Shown here one piece after another: positions 8,383-19,400 of a stretch of 64,000 nucleotides of DNA; positions within the stretch are counted from its first letter, which is position 1; the number at the start of each line of letters is the position of its first letter. A program made the translations under genes and the position numbers. Under the pieces are notes generated by a model. The model had not been told where the DNA came from, ran no database searches, and saw only the letters and a list, made by a program, of their open reading frames with translations. Location of the stretch: IMG/VR virus record IMGVR_UViG_3300033402_000312. One strand, given 5' to 3'. The DNA comes from a virus.

Positions 8383-10793
8383 GACGTGAAGTCTTCGTCG
8401 TTTTCGTCGGAGTAAGTCTCGTAAGCGCCGGGCTGGCTGTTGACCATGTCCCCGTAGGACTCGCGCGTGTCCCGCGCCAGCGAGGAACTGAGCTTCTTCT
8501 GCTGCGTCTCGACGTTGTCCGTCTTGACGATCTGGCGGCGGGTCGTGTACTCAAGCGTGGCGTCGCCCGAGCAGTAGTAGTTCAGGTTGCCGCGCTGGGT
8601 GATGTCGATGTCCCCGTCGATCATGAGGCGCAGCGCCTTTCCCTGCTTGTTCGCCTTGATCGTGATCTCGACGCCGCCTTCGAGCGCTGCCGTGATGGAG
8701 CGCCCTTGGTTGTCTGTGCCGAGGTCGAAGACGAGGCCGCCGTCCGTGTCAAGCAGGACGGACAGGTTCGAATCCGGGTTCGCGCCGACGCGCAGCAGGA
8801 TGTCCCTCACGGCATGCAAGTCGAGGGACTGGCCGTGCGAGTCCATCGGCGATCCGGGCTGCGATTGGCTCGTGACTGGGGTGCCAGACCAGACGTAGGG
8901 CGCTGTGAAGGTGGACGGCAGGATCGGCGAGCCTGCCTGCGTGAGGTCGTGGAACTGATAGACCGAGTCCCCTGCCCCGTAGTCCGCACGGTAGCTTTTC
9001 GAGTCTATGCGTGCGGCGTCGTCGATGCCGTACGGGTGCTTGCCGGGGCCGTCCGAGTAGCCGTTGTACAAGTGGCGGCGCTTGGCCGCGGGGTTTTTCG
9101 CGCCGAGGCGCAGCACGGTCCCGCCATCGAACGCACCGCGAAGCGAGATGCTTTCCGCGCCCGTCTTCACGGTAAGGCTGCCCGCGTCGCCGGGCTTGAG
9201 GGCCACGCCGCCTTGAGTCCAGAACTGTAGCGTGCGGTTCCCGACCAAGTCCTTCTGGCTCCTGATCTGCGTCTGCGTCACGCGACCGTCGCTGCGGTTC
9301 GGGTTGGGAACCGAGGCGTCGTCGGAGCCGAGGCGGAGCACAACCTGACCGAGCGCCGTGATGCCGAGGGATTCCTCCTCGTCGCGGTTCTTGCCGACCA
9401 CCACCTGCGCCGACCCGACAAGGTTCGCCTCAAGCGAGCGCCCCGCGCCGTACGGGTACTCGTACCCGCCTGTCGGCTGGAGCGGGATGTTTTCCTTGGG
9501 GAGCGTCGAGCCGACCTCCATCTGCACCAAGCCTTCCTTCGTGACGTTCAGGCGCGTCGTGTTCTGCTCGTAGGGGAAGCGGACCGCAAGGCACGACGCC
9601 GCAAGCCTAGCCTCGGCATGGTCTGTCGAATCAGCCACGGGGAGGTAGCCGGACTCGACGCTCGCCCCGAACTTGCCGAGGTACGGCATCTTCTGCGTGC
9701 CGATGAAAAGCTGCGGCTTCAGCACCATGCCGTAAGTGCTGGAATCGTAGAGGTTGTAGCCGATGAGCGTCCCCGCCGTGCGCTCCACGATGTACCCGCG
9801 ACGCTGCGGCGTGGCACCCTCGTTCAGGAGCGGGCCGACGGCCTTGACGCGGTCGTCGAACGGGTCGTCCCAGCCTTGGTTGATGGTGAAGGATTCGCTG
9901 TCGAAGGCGGGGACGGTGCCGTTGGCCGGGATCACGGTCGTCCGCGCCCACGGGTCTGCGGTCACACCGAGGATGGTGTCGAGCAGCGGGGTCTGCAAGA
10001 CCTCGTAGGGCACCGGGTAGTCGAGCGCGTATTCCTGCACAAGCTCCGTGTGCTCGCTGAACGGGATGACGTCGGGCTTGCCGCTGGCGTAGCGGTCGGA
10101 CGGCTGCGCCCCCGGCTGCAAGTAGACGATGTACTCGTTGGTGCCGTCCGGCAGGAGCGTCGGCACGATGTTCGAGGGCGTCAGGACGGTATTCGGGCTT
10201 GCCGGGCGGTTGACCGAGCCTTGGTACAAGACCCCGGCGTCGCTGTACGCAACGTTGCGCCCGGCGATCCGCGTCCACTGGCGCTTGTCTGAGTCCAGCT
10301 TGTCGCGGGACAAGTCCGCGCTCTGCCTGTCCCATGCGGCGTCCACCCTTTCGGAGAAACCGCCCGTGTACGACGAGGTTTTCTGACCGGGAAACGCTTT
10401 GCGGTACGACATGCGGTGGCGGTCGGAATAACCTTGAATTCGGTCGCCGCTCACGGCTCGGTTGGCGATGGCGTCGATGCCCCACAAAGCCTGCGCCTGC
10501 ACCCATGCGACCACCATCGGGAACTTGAAGCCGCCTTGAAAGTCGAAGTTGCAGGCGATGCCGAACGCGCCCTGCTCCGGCATGCTGATCTCCAACTCCT
10601 CGGTTGAGGAGGCGCTCGACGGAAAGATGTTGACCTCATTGTAGACGAGGTTGTCCTTCATGTCCCGGATGGTCAGGACGCGGCGCTCGTAGTCCACTGA
10701 CAGCACTTCGATGAGGTACAGTTCGTTCGCTATGCGCTGCTTCGTGCGGTCGAACGCAGGTTTGTAGTGCTGCGTGTTGCTTTTGACTGACAT
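8379..10793 (-). CDS. phage structural protein (tail/baseplate)
   Basis: 804-aa ORF in a contiguous minus-strand structural block. No catalytic motif. Confidence 0.45.
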   Translation of the reverse strand: MSVKSNTQHYKPAFDRTKQRIANELYLIEVLSVDYERRVLTIRDMKDNLVYNEVNIFPSSASSTEELEISMPEQGAFGIACNFDFQGGFKFPMVVAWVQAQALWGIDAIANRAVSGDRIQGYSDRHRMSYRKAFPGQKTSSYTGGFSERVDAAWDRQSADLSRDKLDSDKRQWTRIAGRNVAYSDAGVLYQGSVNRPASPNTVLTPSNIVPTLLPDGTNEYIVYLQPGAQPSDRYASGKPDVIPFSEHTELVQEYALDYPVPYEVLQTPLLDTILGVTADPWARTTVIPANGTVPAFDSESFTINQGWDDPFDDRVKAVGPLLNEGATPQRRGYIVERTAGTLIGYNLYDSSTYGMVLKPQLFIGTQKMPYLGKFGASVESGYLPVADSTDHAEARLAASCLAVRFPYEQNTTRLNVTKEGLVQMEVGSTLPKENIPLQPTGGYEYPYGAGRSLEANLVGSAQVVVGKNRDEEESLGITALGQVVLRLGSDDASVPNPNRSDGRVTQTQIRSQKDLVGNRTLQFWTQGGVALKPGDAGSLTVKTGAESISLRGAFDGGTVLRLGAKNPAAKRRHLYNGYSDGPGKHPYGIDDAARIDSKSYRADYGAGDSVYQFHDLTQAGSPILPSTFTAPYVWSGTPVTSQSQPGSPMDSHGQSLDLHAVRDILLRVGANPDSNLSVLLDTDGGLVFDLGTDNQGRSITAALEGGVEITIKANKQGKALRLMIDGDIDITQRGNLNYYCSGDATLEYTTRRQIVKTDNVETQQKKLSSSLARDTRESYGDMVNSQPGAYETYSDENDEDFTS

Positions 10794-10795
10794 CG

Positions 10796-13700
10796 TTATC
10801 CGTTACCCGGCGTGCTCTGATAGAGAGGCAATTGAACACCTGCCTGCCCCGTGTACCGCGATTGCACGACCGGCGTGTTGGCGACGAGCAACTCCTCTTG
10901 CACGGTCGGCGACGGCGATACGTTCCCGGAGACTAATACGTCAACAAGCTGCTGCGCCGCATTTTGGGTGCTCGCCAAAAGCTGCTGGGCGAACGCGTTC
11001 TCGGGCTGCGCGGCATTTAGCAGGTTCCTGTCGGCGAACGATCCCGCCTGCGATGGGTCGTAATGCAAGATAATGACCGTCGCGTCGGGCTGCGTCGAGT
11101 TGGTTTGCGAAGCATACTGGGTCGGCGAATTTGTTCCACTGCCCGCAGTTTGCTGGGCAGAAACATTGGTGGTGGTCGTTGAGGCAGCCGGAAGCGGTGC
11201 GACGCTGTACGTCCCCGTCAACGAGCCTCCGACCAAACGGTTCTGCTGGTTCAGCACGGAGACAAGCTGGCTTGACGGGTCGTTCGTCGCGGAGGGGGTG
11301 CCAAGCCCTGCAAACAGGAAGGCGTCTGTGTTCTGCAAGGTCTGCAAGTCTTGCAAGGTATCGTTGCCGTTGACGTCGGTCGGGGGCTGCACCCAGCCTT
11401 TCTCTGTGAATTCCTTGAGTGCCTTGTTCAAGGATACCCAGCGTCCCCACGGGAACGGCGCTATAAGCTCGTAGCCCTTGTCATCCGTGAACGGGATCAC
11501 CGAATCCGCGTGCGTCAGGACATCGCCGCACAGCGTTTTGATATAAGCCAAGTCCGCTGACCTGGACTGGGAATGTGCCTGATCTTTGCAAAAATACCCG
11601 TGCCCCGTCGCCGGGTCGATGGTGCCCTGCTGGGCATTGCCGTCGTTCTTGATGACGTACGTGGAGGTCGGGGTATCGAATTGGTTGCCTGTGTGGGAAG
11701 CCAAAATCGAGCTTTGCACCGAGTACACGCTCAATGCCGAAGGCGTGGGCTGGAACGACGAACCATCCGGTGATTTGATTGGTGTCGGGAGGGTTTGCGA
11801 GACGCCGACTGGATTGGAGGGGTTGGTATTGGTGTTGCTCACACCGCTGATAGTCCCGGCATTCAGCAAAGCAGCCTGCTGCGTAGTGACGACGGCACTG
11901 CTGGGCGACTGGCTTGGCAGCGTCGAAGAGTTGGTGGTGGTCTGCGTCCACTGGTAAACCAAGTTCGGCGCGGGTGTGTAGGCAGAAAAGGTTTGCTGTG
12001 AATTTCCTGACCCGGATGTTTGCAAGGTGTTGACGAGCACCCTGCGGCGGACAGAATCGCACGTGACCGTCATCGTCGCGGTGCCGCCAATGTCGAAGCT
12101 CAGCGAGATCGACTTGATGTAGGCGTACATATCCTTGTGCGGGATGTACACGGGGAAGCCGAGCTTGAGTTCCGGGCGCATCGGGATCGTGAACGTGTAC
12201 GTGCGGTAGCCACGGTTGGCGCGGGCGGTTTCGGCGGCTGCGTGCGCGAACAGGGTGGTTTGACCGCCGCCGTTGGCGATCCACGGCACCATGTACAGCG
12301 GCTCTTCGCGGAGACCGAACTTGGCAAGCTTGGTCACGTCGATGTACTCGCCGACGTAGTTGGCGACGTCCGCTGCTCCTTGGATCACAAGTCCTCTGCA
12401 AATGTTTCCGCAGACAGTGGTGCGCGTCCGGCGGATCGCGGCTTGGTCTTCGTTCTCCTGCTCTGTCAGGATTTCCGACAGGTAGACGACGAACGGGTTG
12501 TTGGTCTCGTAGATTTGCGTCGCTGGGTTGGTGAGGCTGTTATGCGGGCTGTTCGGGTTCGTTTGGGTCTGCGAAGTCCGCGTACCCAAGTTGGTCACGT
12601 CCAAGTTGTAAATGGGCGGCTTGATGATGATTTTGCCGTCTATGTCCTGGTACGCCTCGAAGTCCATCATCGCCACGACCTCGCGGATGAGGTCTAGCCG
12701 GTTGACGATGACGTCGTTTTTCAAGTCCATCGCGACGATATTCTTGAACGGGAGGTATACTGCGATATTCCCGTAGTATGTTGCGTTCTGCTCGGAGATT
12801 GTGGCTTCGTTTTGCGTTGAGTACTTCGAGACGGCGGCAGACTGGGTGTTCTTGTCTTTTTCGCCCCACTTCTGGCCCTTCTTCAAACATACATTATCGC
12901 CAAGGTTGTCCTTGTTCGGTCCGTAGATGTGGACGTCTTTCGTCATATTGGTGAGGATCGCCTGCCACTTCGCCATGTAGCCTTTCCGCACCGCCTGCCA
13001 GAACGGATTTACGCCAGAAGAGGAGTAGCCGCCCATGCTCTGGTTCCAGAGGTTTCCGAACTGGAAGCCGTCCGACCGCAGGGCATCGTTGAAGACCTGC
13101 TGGAGGATTTCGAAGCAGTTTCCACTGGCGTATATCGATTGGAAGGTCGTCAATTGCGCACCCGTGTGCGTCGCAGTGCTCGCGGACGGGTGGATGTTCG
13201 TCTGCATCTTTTCAAAAAGATACAGGATTCCTTGGCATTGGATACTGATCTCAAGCGTCTTGCCGTTGTCGTTGTATCCTATGTATGAAGTCACGCCCTT
13301 GAACACACGGCGGTATACGGTATCGCCTGTCCCTGCTGCCAAGTAATAGCCTTTGGCATACACTTGGATTTGCGCCATGGTCTGGAGCAGGTTGTTGCCC
13401 CCCGGCTGCTGATAGAGGTACTTCTGATAGTTCGGCACCTGAAGCCCAATGGTGCAATTTGGCACCAGAGAGTCCACGTCGTACGAGGCGCTAAACGACA
13501 CCACGTGATCGTTGAAGTTGACCAAGGTGCTTTGGTTGCCCGTCCTCGGGTCGTTGACGTACACGTTGATCATGTACGGCAGCCCGTCAATGAACACGAC
13601 CACGTCAGGGCAGGTTTTTATTATTTCCCTTTCTTGGACAGTTTGAGAAATGTTGCGGATCATGCCCGCCACCGAAGTGGACGTGGTCGGCGCGGTCGGT

Positions 13701-13867
13701 GGGGTCAGTTCCTCCGTGAGCAGCGAGGATGTGGTTTCGACAGTCGGCGGCGTCGTTGCCACCGTCACTGTTGTGCTGCCTGCGTTGTAAATGATGTCTT
13801 GCGGAGTAGCCATCAGGTTGTCTGACCTCCGTTGCCGATATTGAGCGGTGAGATCACGCCGTTCCAA
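10796..13867 (-). CDS. phage structural protein (large tail/baseplate component)
   Basis: 1023-aa ORF, Thr/Ser/Asn-rich, abutting neighbours. Confidence 0.45.
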   Translation of the reverse strand: MERRDLTAQYRQRRSDNLMATPQDIIYNAGSTTVTVATTPPTVETTSSLLTEELTPPTAPTTSTSVAGMIRNISQTVQEREIIKTCPDVVVFIDGLPYMINVYVNDPRTGNQSTLVNFNDHVVSFSASYDVDSLVPNCTIGLQVPNYQKYLYQQPGGNNLLQTMAQIQVYAKGYYLAAGTGDTVYRRVFKGVTSYIGYNDNGKTLEISIQCQGILYLFEKMQTNIHPSASTATHTGAQLTTFQSIYASGNCFEILQQVFNDALRSDGFQFGNLWNQSMGGYSSSGVNPFWQAVRKGYMAKWQAILTNMTKDVHIYGPNKDNLGDNVCLKKGQKWGEKDKNTQSAAVSKYSTQNEATISEQNATYYGNIAVYLPFKNIVAMDLKNDVIVNRLDLIREVVAMMDFEAYQDIDGKIIIKPPIYNLDVTNLGTRTSQTQTNPNSPHNSLTNPATQIYETNNPFVVYLSEILTEQENEDQAAIRRTRTTVCGNICRGLVIQGAADVANYVGEYIDVTKLAKFGLREEPLYMVPWIANGGGQTTLFAHAAAETARANRGYRTYTFTIPMRPELKLGFPVYIPHKDMYAYIKSISLSFDIGGTATMTVTCDSVRRRVLVNTLQTSGSGNSQQTFSAYTPAPNLVYQWTQTTTNSSTLPSQSPSSAVVTTQQAALLNAGTISGVSNTNTNPSNPVGVSQTLPTPIKSPDGSSFQPTPSALSVYSVQSSILASHTGNQFDTPTSTYVIKNDGNAQQGTIDPATGHGYFCKDQAHSQSRSADLAYIKTLCGDVLTHADSVIPFTDDKGYELIAPFPWGRWVSLNKALKEFTEKGWVQPPTDVNGNDTLQDLQTLQNTDAFLFAGLGTPSATNDPSSQLVSVLNQQNRLVGGSLTGTYSVAPLPAASTTTTNVSAQQTAGSGTNSPTQYASQTNSTQPDATVIILHYDPSQAGSFADRNLLNAAQPENAFAQQLLASTQNAAQQLVDVLVSGNVSPSPTVQEELLVANTPVVQSRYTGQAGVQLPLYQSTPGNG

Positions 13868-14985
13868 GTCCCGTTATTCGTGGGGGTGAAGTAGTTGATC
13901 ACCGGGTCTGAGTATGTCGTGTCGGCGGCAGTCGGATCGACAGACGAGTACGTGTTGGCGTCCTGCGCCGCCGCAACGGCTGGCGCGACAGGGCTATACT
14001 GCGCTGGCGGAACTAATCCGCTCGATACGCCTGGGGGCGGCGGCAATTCCGGCTGGATGTTGGGGGGAAGCGCCGCGACAGTAGTGCTGTAAGGGCTGCT
14101 TGCCGCCGCTTGCTGCGTTTGCTGCACCGCGAGGGCGGTCGTCTGCCACGCGCCATAACTGTGCCCACGCTTGATGTCGTTGTGGATCGTGTCCTTGTAC
14201 GGAGACCCCTGCCGGAAGCGCTCTTTCCACGCCACGAACGAAATCTGGAAGTTCATCAGGAACGGGGCCTCGGCAGCTTGGGAAAGAGTCAGGGAATCAA
14301 ACATCCCGTACCACATGAAGTTACCGACGATAAGCTCCACGTCGGCGTGCATCTTAATGATGCGGCGGTTGAAGTCCGCGCCGAGCGGCCCCTCGGCAGC
14401 CTGCTCACCCTCGAACCAGTAGCCGTTGTTCTCGAACACGACCTGAAGCTGCTCAAGGTTGCGGTAGGACTCCGTGAAATACTGGTACGCGTCCGTTGTG
14501 CCGAAGGCGAAATACTGTCCGGCAGTCTTCCCGGTAAGGTTGACCATGAAAGCATCCTCGCCCCACACGCCGATCTGCCAGCCAGACCGGGCGAAAGCCT
14601 GACCGTCGAGGGTTGTGCGGCTGACCACCACTTGGGACGGGTTGATCAGGAAGCGGTACACCGCTGGCATGCCGTCAGGCTGACCGTTGCCGCCCAGACC
14701 GCGATTGGGCAGGCGCACGACAACGTAGTCCACGTATGGCGAAAGGGCGGCGGTGATGTTGAAATCCTTGTCCGAAACTAGAGGCGTGTGCGGCGGCTGT
14801 TGACCGGATGCGAGGTACGCTGCCTCGAACTCTATGCTGGCATCCGTGGGGCTGATGGGAGACGGAATGATGCGCTTCTCCCCGCGAATAGGAAGCTGCT
14901 GGGGAGACACGTTGCCTTGGGTGCCCGCGTCGGGTCTCACGTCGCTGAGATTGTCGATGCTGTTGTTTTGGGTCGCCATAATCAA
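13813..14985 (-). CDS. phage structural protein
   Basis: 390-aa ORF overlapping the ends of adjacent structural genes. Confidence 0.45.
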   Translation of the reverse strand: MIMATQNNSIDNLSDVRPDAGTQGNVSPQQLPIRGEKRIIPSPISPTDASIEFEAAYLASGQQPPHTPLVSDKDFNITAALSPYVDYVVVRLPNRGLGGNGQPDGMPAVYRFLINPSQVVVSRTTLDGQAFARSGWQIGVWGEDAFMVNLTGKTAGQYFAFGTTDAYQYFTESYRNLEQLQVVFENNGYWFEGEQAAEGPLGADFNRRIIKMHADVELIVGNFMWYGMFDSLTLSQAAEAPFLMNFQISFVAWKERFRQGSPYKDTIHNDIKRGHSYGAWQTTALAVQQTQQAAASSPYSTTVAALPPNIQPELPPPPGVSSGLVPPAQYSPVAPAVAAAQDANTYSSVDPTAADTTYSDPVINYFTPTNNGTWNGVISPLNIGNGGQTT

Positions 14986-16490
14986 ACCTCAATGGAACGC
15001 GGCGGTGGAGTCAGCGGGGGAGGCGGAGGCGGCGGGGGAGGCGGTCCGGCGATGTTGCCTGTGATCGCCTGAAGCTGCGCCATCTGCTGCTGGACCTGCG
15101 CCTGAACGTTGGAGTAATACAGCGCCGTGTACGTCTTCTCCACTTGGAACGTGAAGCTGAATTTCCACTGGAACGGGATTTCGGCGTCCTGCGTCCAACT
15201 AAGGCTCTTGAAGTATCCGAGGTAGATATTGTTCCTGTACTTCATCGCCACGTACCCGCGAGTCATGACATCGTTGTTGCGTGCGTGCTGCTGGAAGCTC
15301 GTCGCCCCGACTTTCGACGACCACGCGGTGGGCGATTCTTGCTGCGTCTGCCCGATGAGACCGAGAGCGGTGCCGTTCGCGTAGCTGTTGGAGTAAAACC
15401 ACACGTTGCCGTTCATCTGGAACAGCTTGAGAAGCTCGACGAAGGCGTCCTGCGCGGCGACACGGAAGGTCTCCTGCGGGTTGTTCGCCTTTTGGATCGT
15501 TGAGAGACCGCTTGTCACAAGCTGCAAGGCGTCGTCCGGCAAGCCAGCCGTGCTCATGAAGTCTGTGATGCCGAACTGGTTCATGAACACCCCGGTGGTG
15601 CCCTGCCCGCTGATCAAGTCCGGCTCCATGCCCCACAGCGTGATGTGCATGCCCGTGCGGGACGGCGTGCGGTTGTACACGTGCTTGCTCGCAACCTCAA
15701 AGCTCGACATCGACGTGTTCAACTGGATTTCAACGGGCTGGTTGGTGGCTGGGTTCCGAAGCTGCTGGGTCGGGTCGTTCCGGTCAAGGTAGACCACAAA
15801 CGACACGGGCTGCACGCTAGCCCGGATGCGCGGGTTCCCGGTGACCAGCCCCGTGTCGGCGTACCACGCTGTGTTGCCGAGCGTGGGTTCCGGCACTTGC
15901 AGGACCGGTTCAACCGAAGATTGGTTGGTGATGTTGTTGAGACCTTGCGTTTGCTGGCTGATCAATTGACCATCGACGGCCGGGGTGCTCAATTGCCCGG
16001 TAGCGGTGGCAGCGCCGCTCGGGTCAAGCGTTGCCGAGTTGCGCAAAGCGATCAGGCTGGACACAGAATGGCTGCCCGCATTCGCGGCGATCTTGGAAAC
16101 GTTGTAAACAAAGCTTTGCACGGGGGCGAGCGGAGGGATGCCGTCGAACTGCTGCACCGTGGCGATTGATGTGGTGTAGGCGGCAAGGGCGAACGGGTAG
16201 TTCCCAGTGAACGCCTGCAAAAGCTCGGCAAGCCAAGCCACGCCAGCCTGGATGTTCCCGGTTTGCGTCGTGGCGTCGAAGCCCAGCGATGTCGCCCTGC
16301 TCTTGCTGATGCCCATGATGCCTACGCCGAACGGAGTAACTACCAAGCCGCCGTCAGAAAAGAACTGCTGCCCGCCCGAGGACACCTGCGCTATCGCGGA
16401 CGCGACAACGGCATCCACGCTGTACTGCGCGGCGAAGCTGTCGATCTGCGCCTGCACTGCGGATGGGAGTTGTATGGAGGTGGCTAGCAT
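14982..16490 (-). CDS. tail-associated lysin with SLT (lytic transglycosylase) domain and C-terminal poly-proline tail
   Basis: AQYSVDAVVASAIAQVSSGGQQ..GIMGI..NIQAGVAWLAELLQAF.GN..ALAAY matches the SLT domain. C-terminus is PPPPPPPPPPLTPPPRS. Confidence 0.7.
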   Translation of the reverse strand: MLATSIQLPSAVQAQIDSFAAQYSVDAVVASAIAQVSSGGQQFFSDGGLVVTPFGVGIMGISKSRATSLGFDATTQTGNIQAGVAWLAELLQAFTGNYPFALAAYTTSIATVQQFDGIPPLAPVQSFVYNVSKIAANAGSHSVSSLIALRNSATLDPSGAATATGQLSTPAVDGQLISQQTQGLNNITNQSSVEPVLQVPEPTLGNTAWYADTGLVTGNPRIRASVQPVSFVVYLDRNDPTQQLRNPATNQPVEIQLNTSMSSFEVASKHVYNRTPSRTGMHITLWGMEPDLISGQGTTGVFMNQFGITDFMSTAGLPDDALQLVTSGLSTIQKANNPQETFRVAAQDAFVELLKLFQMNGNVWFYSNSYANGTALGLIGQTQQESPTAWSSKVGATSFQQHARNNDVMTRGYVAMKYRNNIYLGYFKSLSWTQDAEIPFQWKFSFTFQVEKTYTALYYSNVQAQVQQQMAQLQAITGNIAGPPPPPPPPPPLTPPPRSIEV

Positions 16491-19400
16491 TTATGGTCCC
16501 TCATCGCCATATTCATATTCCGGCTGCGGTTGCACTGGCCCGCCTCTCGGGGTTTCATTCGAGTTACTTACGCTGTCTGGTGTGGTGTAGTTCTGTGTGC
16601 TGTTGGCGTTATAATAATTGTTGATGATGGTCTGGTTGGAAGTGGGGCCCGGTGCTGGAGCGGTTGACGAATAGGGATCATTGAACATATCAAATAGATC
16701 GCCGAATTTCTGTTCTGGTGTCTCTCCTGGTGTTTGCCCCGGTGCCGATGCTGGCAGGTTTTCTGCGATTGTTTTCTCAAGCTGTTCTTGATCGTCCGTA
16801 AACCCTGTGACAGCCGTGTCTCTGAGGTCCTCTATCGTTTTGTTGTTCGCTGCTATTTCGTCCTTTAATTCTTGGAACTTCTTTTCGCTTCCTGGTAGCA
16901 CGTGTCCTTGGCTGTCTACCAACTTTTTTTCTTCTTCTATTAGACCTTTGGTCTTATCCTCCAAGCTCTTTATGGCATCAGGAATCGCTTGTATATCTGA
17001 CTGAAGCTGTTTCCGTTCAGTGTCGAGGTCTTCCCCCCCAAGGCTACTTACCCATTTCGCAATTATTTCCACCGCCAACAGCATGTCATTGAATATCGGC
17101 TTAAAAACATTCTCCAAAATTTGCTCAATGGTCTGCGTCCTTGCCCCGATGTCCCCCGCCTGGTCGAGGGCGTCTTCCTGCGTTGCTATGCCAGAAGCTT
17201 GTTCCGCGTGCATCTTGCTAAGGAGTTGGTTTTGTGTGTCCCCGCTCCCGGCGATGATGTTTGCATTCTCCCCCAATAGTTTACCGGCTTCCTCTTGGTG
17301 CAGCACCATCTGTTCCGCAAGCGCGTTCTGGTCGTCAGCGTACTTTTCAAAGCCGTGGCGACCCAAGGTAGCAAGCCATTGCTTTCTTGTTAATCCGTCA
17401 GCAATCTCCTTGACCAATATCCGGTAGTCCCTCTTTTTTCCCGCAGGTGATTCAGTCAGGGCTTCCCGTACGCGGTTCTGTGCTTCCTGCAACAGCATCC
17501 TTCTGAGTTTCATGGGGTCAATGCCGAGCATTGCCGATTCCTGCATGATTTGGGCCATCTGCACCCCGGTGAGACGGCCCGTCATAAGGTCTGTAATCGT
17601 CGCCCCGGCCTTTCCCATAACCTCATTAAGATTGGCAAATGCTTCGTGTGCCAGTTGAGCAGGATCAGCACCATACAGCGCTTGACCGCCCGCACGCTCG
17701 AAAGCATCGCCTTGGATAGTCGAAAGGTGGAGAAGCTGGTCTTCCACCTTGCCCAGCGCATCAATGACTTGCTGCTGCCTAGCCCTGTCCTTGATGTTCA
17801 TCGCCTCTTGTCTCTTTTCGGCCACAAGGCGCTGCGCCTTGTCGATGTCCCCCGCCGCTATGGCTTCGGACATGTCCGGACCCAAAACGTCGATTTGGTC
17901 GCCTGCCAGATGCGCCCTGCCGATCTCCGCGTTCGCAGCGTCAACCGCGTTTTGGACGACCGCCCTTTCGGTGCCGATGGCTGTCGCCGTCAACTGCTTT
18001 GGCGCGACCATCTGGGAATAAATGGCTGCCGAAAGGTTGCCCAACGAAGGCTTATCCTGCGCGGTCGCAAAGGACTCCATCATATCCCTCAGCGACTCGG
18101 AACTGACCTCGCCGTAGCGGCTGAGTTCGCGCATCACGCCCGTGACTTCTTCGAGGGACTTGCTCATCCTGTCGAAGTGGCTGGACACCTCGTCGATGAT
18201 CTTGAGGTACTTAGTGGTGGAAATGCCTGCGGCTTGCGTGTCCTTGTTCAATTGGCCCATGAAGTCTTCGGAACTGGCGACTGTCTCGCGGTATTCTTGG
18301 AGCAGCTTGATAAGGTTCGCTGTGCCCTCCTCACCTGACAGTCCGGCTACGCGGCTGACGCCCATGACGACGCGCTGGAACTCACCCACGCTGCCCTGCA
18401 TGAACTCGCCCTCCGCTCCGGGGAGCTTGTTGGCGACCTCATCAGCGCCTTTCCCGAAAGAGTCAGCGACGTTGTACCCGGCGTTGGTCATGGCGGCTGC
18501 CAACGCCAAGTTGCGTTCGAAGGTTATTCCTAGCGCAAGGTTCTTTGTAGTGGCTGCGACGTTGGGAGTTAAGGCTGCGCGTGCTTGCTCGAACGCCGTG
18601 CCAGCGCCGACTCCCGGTCGGGTAAACAAGCCGCCCGCTCCGAGCTTCTTTTCAATATCCGCGTTCTGCGTAGCCCAAGTGTCAAAAACCTTGGCAAGAA
18701 GCTCGATTGCTGCAACAAGAATTATCAAAGGCCCCGAGAGAGCTTCCATTCCAGCTAACAATCCTTCGCTGCCCGCCTCGACGCCAGCCGCTATGCCCTC
18801 GGCAGCGCCTCCGCCCTCGGACATGGCAGCGGCATAGTCTGCCCCGGCTTCCTCGCCGCCCGCAATATTCTCTTCGCCTTTCATGAAATCGGCGTACCGT
18901 GCAGCCATCTTGGCTTGCTTGAATCCCATTTTTCCTGCAAGGACGTCACGTCCCCCCTTGGTGAGTTTGCCCCCCTTGTCAAAGAACTCCATGACCTCCC
19001 CGGTGTCCGGGTCAGTGCTGAGACCGCCCCGCCCAGCCATCCCTCTCATCTCCTCGATAGCGTCTTCGCGCCTTTTCTCCATGTGCTTTCTCGTGGCTGC
19101 TGCGCGAAGATCGCGGGACTCCTTGATCTTCTCCCTGACTTCCTCCATTTGCTCCAGCCTGCGCTCTATGGTGCGGCTCACGCCCCCGCCGATCCCCATC
19201 GCGCCAAGGATGCCTGTTATGCCCTTGAAGGCCGCGCCGCCCCGGCTGAGGTTGTGCATGGCTTTGACCAAATTGTTAGTGTTGCGGGCAGCTTCCCCGA
19301 TCACGTCCCTCATCCTTGAAAGCTGCTCTTCCGGTAGCTTGCCATCCCTCGCCATGTCCCTTAGGAGGTCCTTGACCTTGCCGAGGTTCTTTGTCATCTC

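Noticed and set aside
9618-12697. Opposite-strand or overlapping ORFs inside minus-strand structural genes (9618-10292 +, 9631-10506 -, 11481-12401 -, 12020-12697 +)
   Set aside because: Off-frame GC-rich shadow ORFs with Arg/Pro/His-rich junk-like sequence. The continuous long minus-strand ORFs explain the region.
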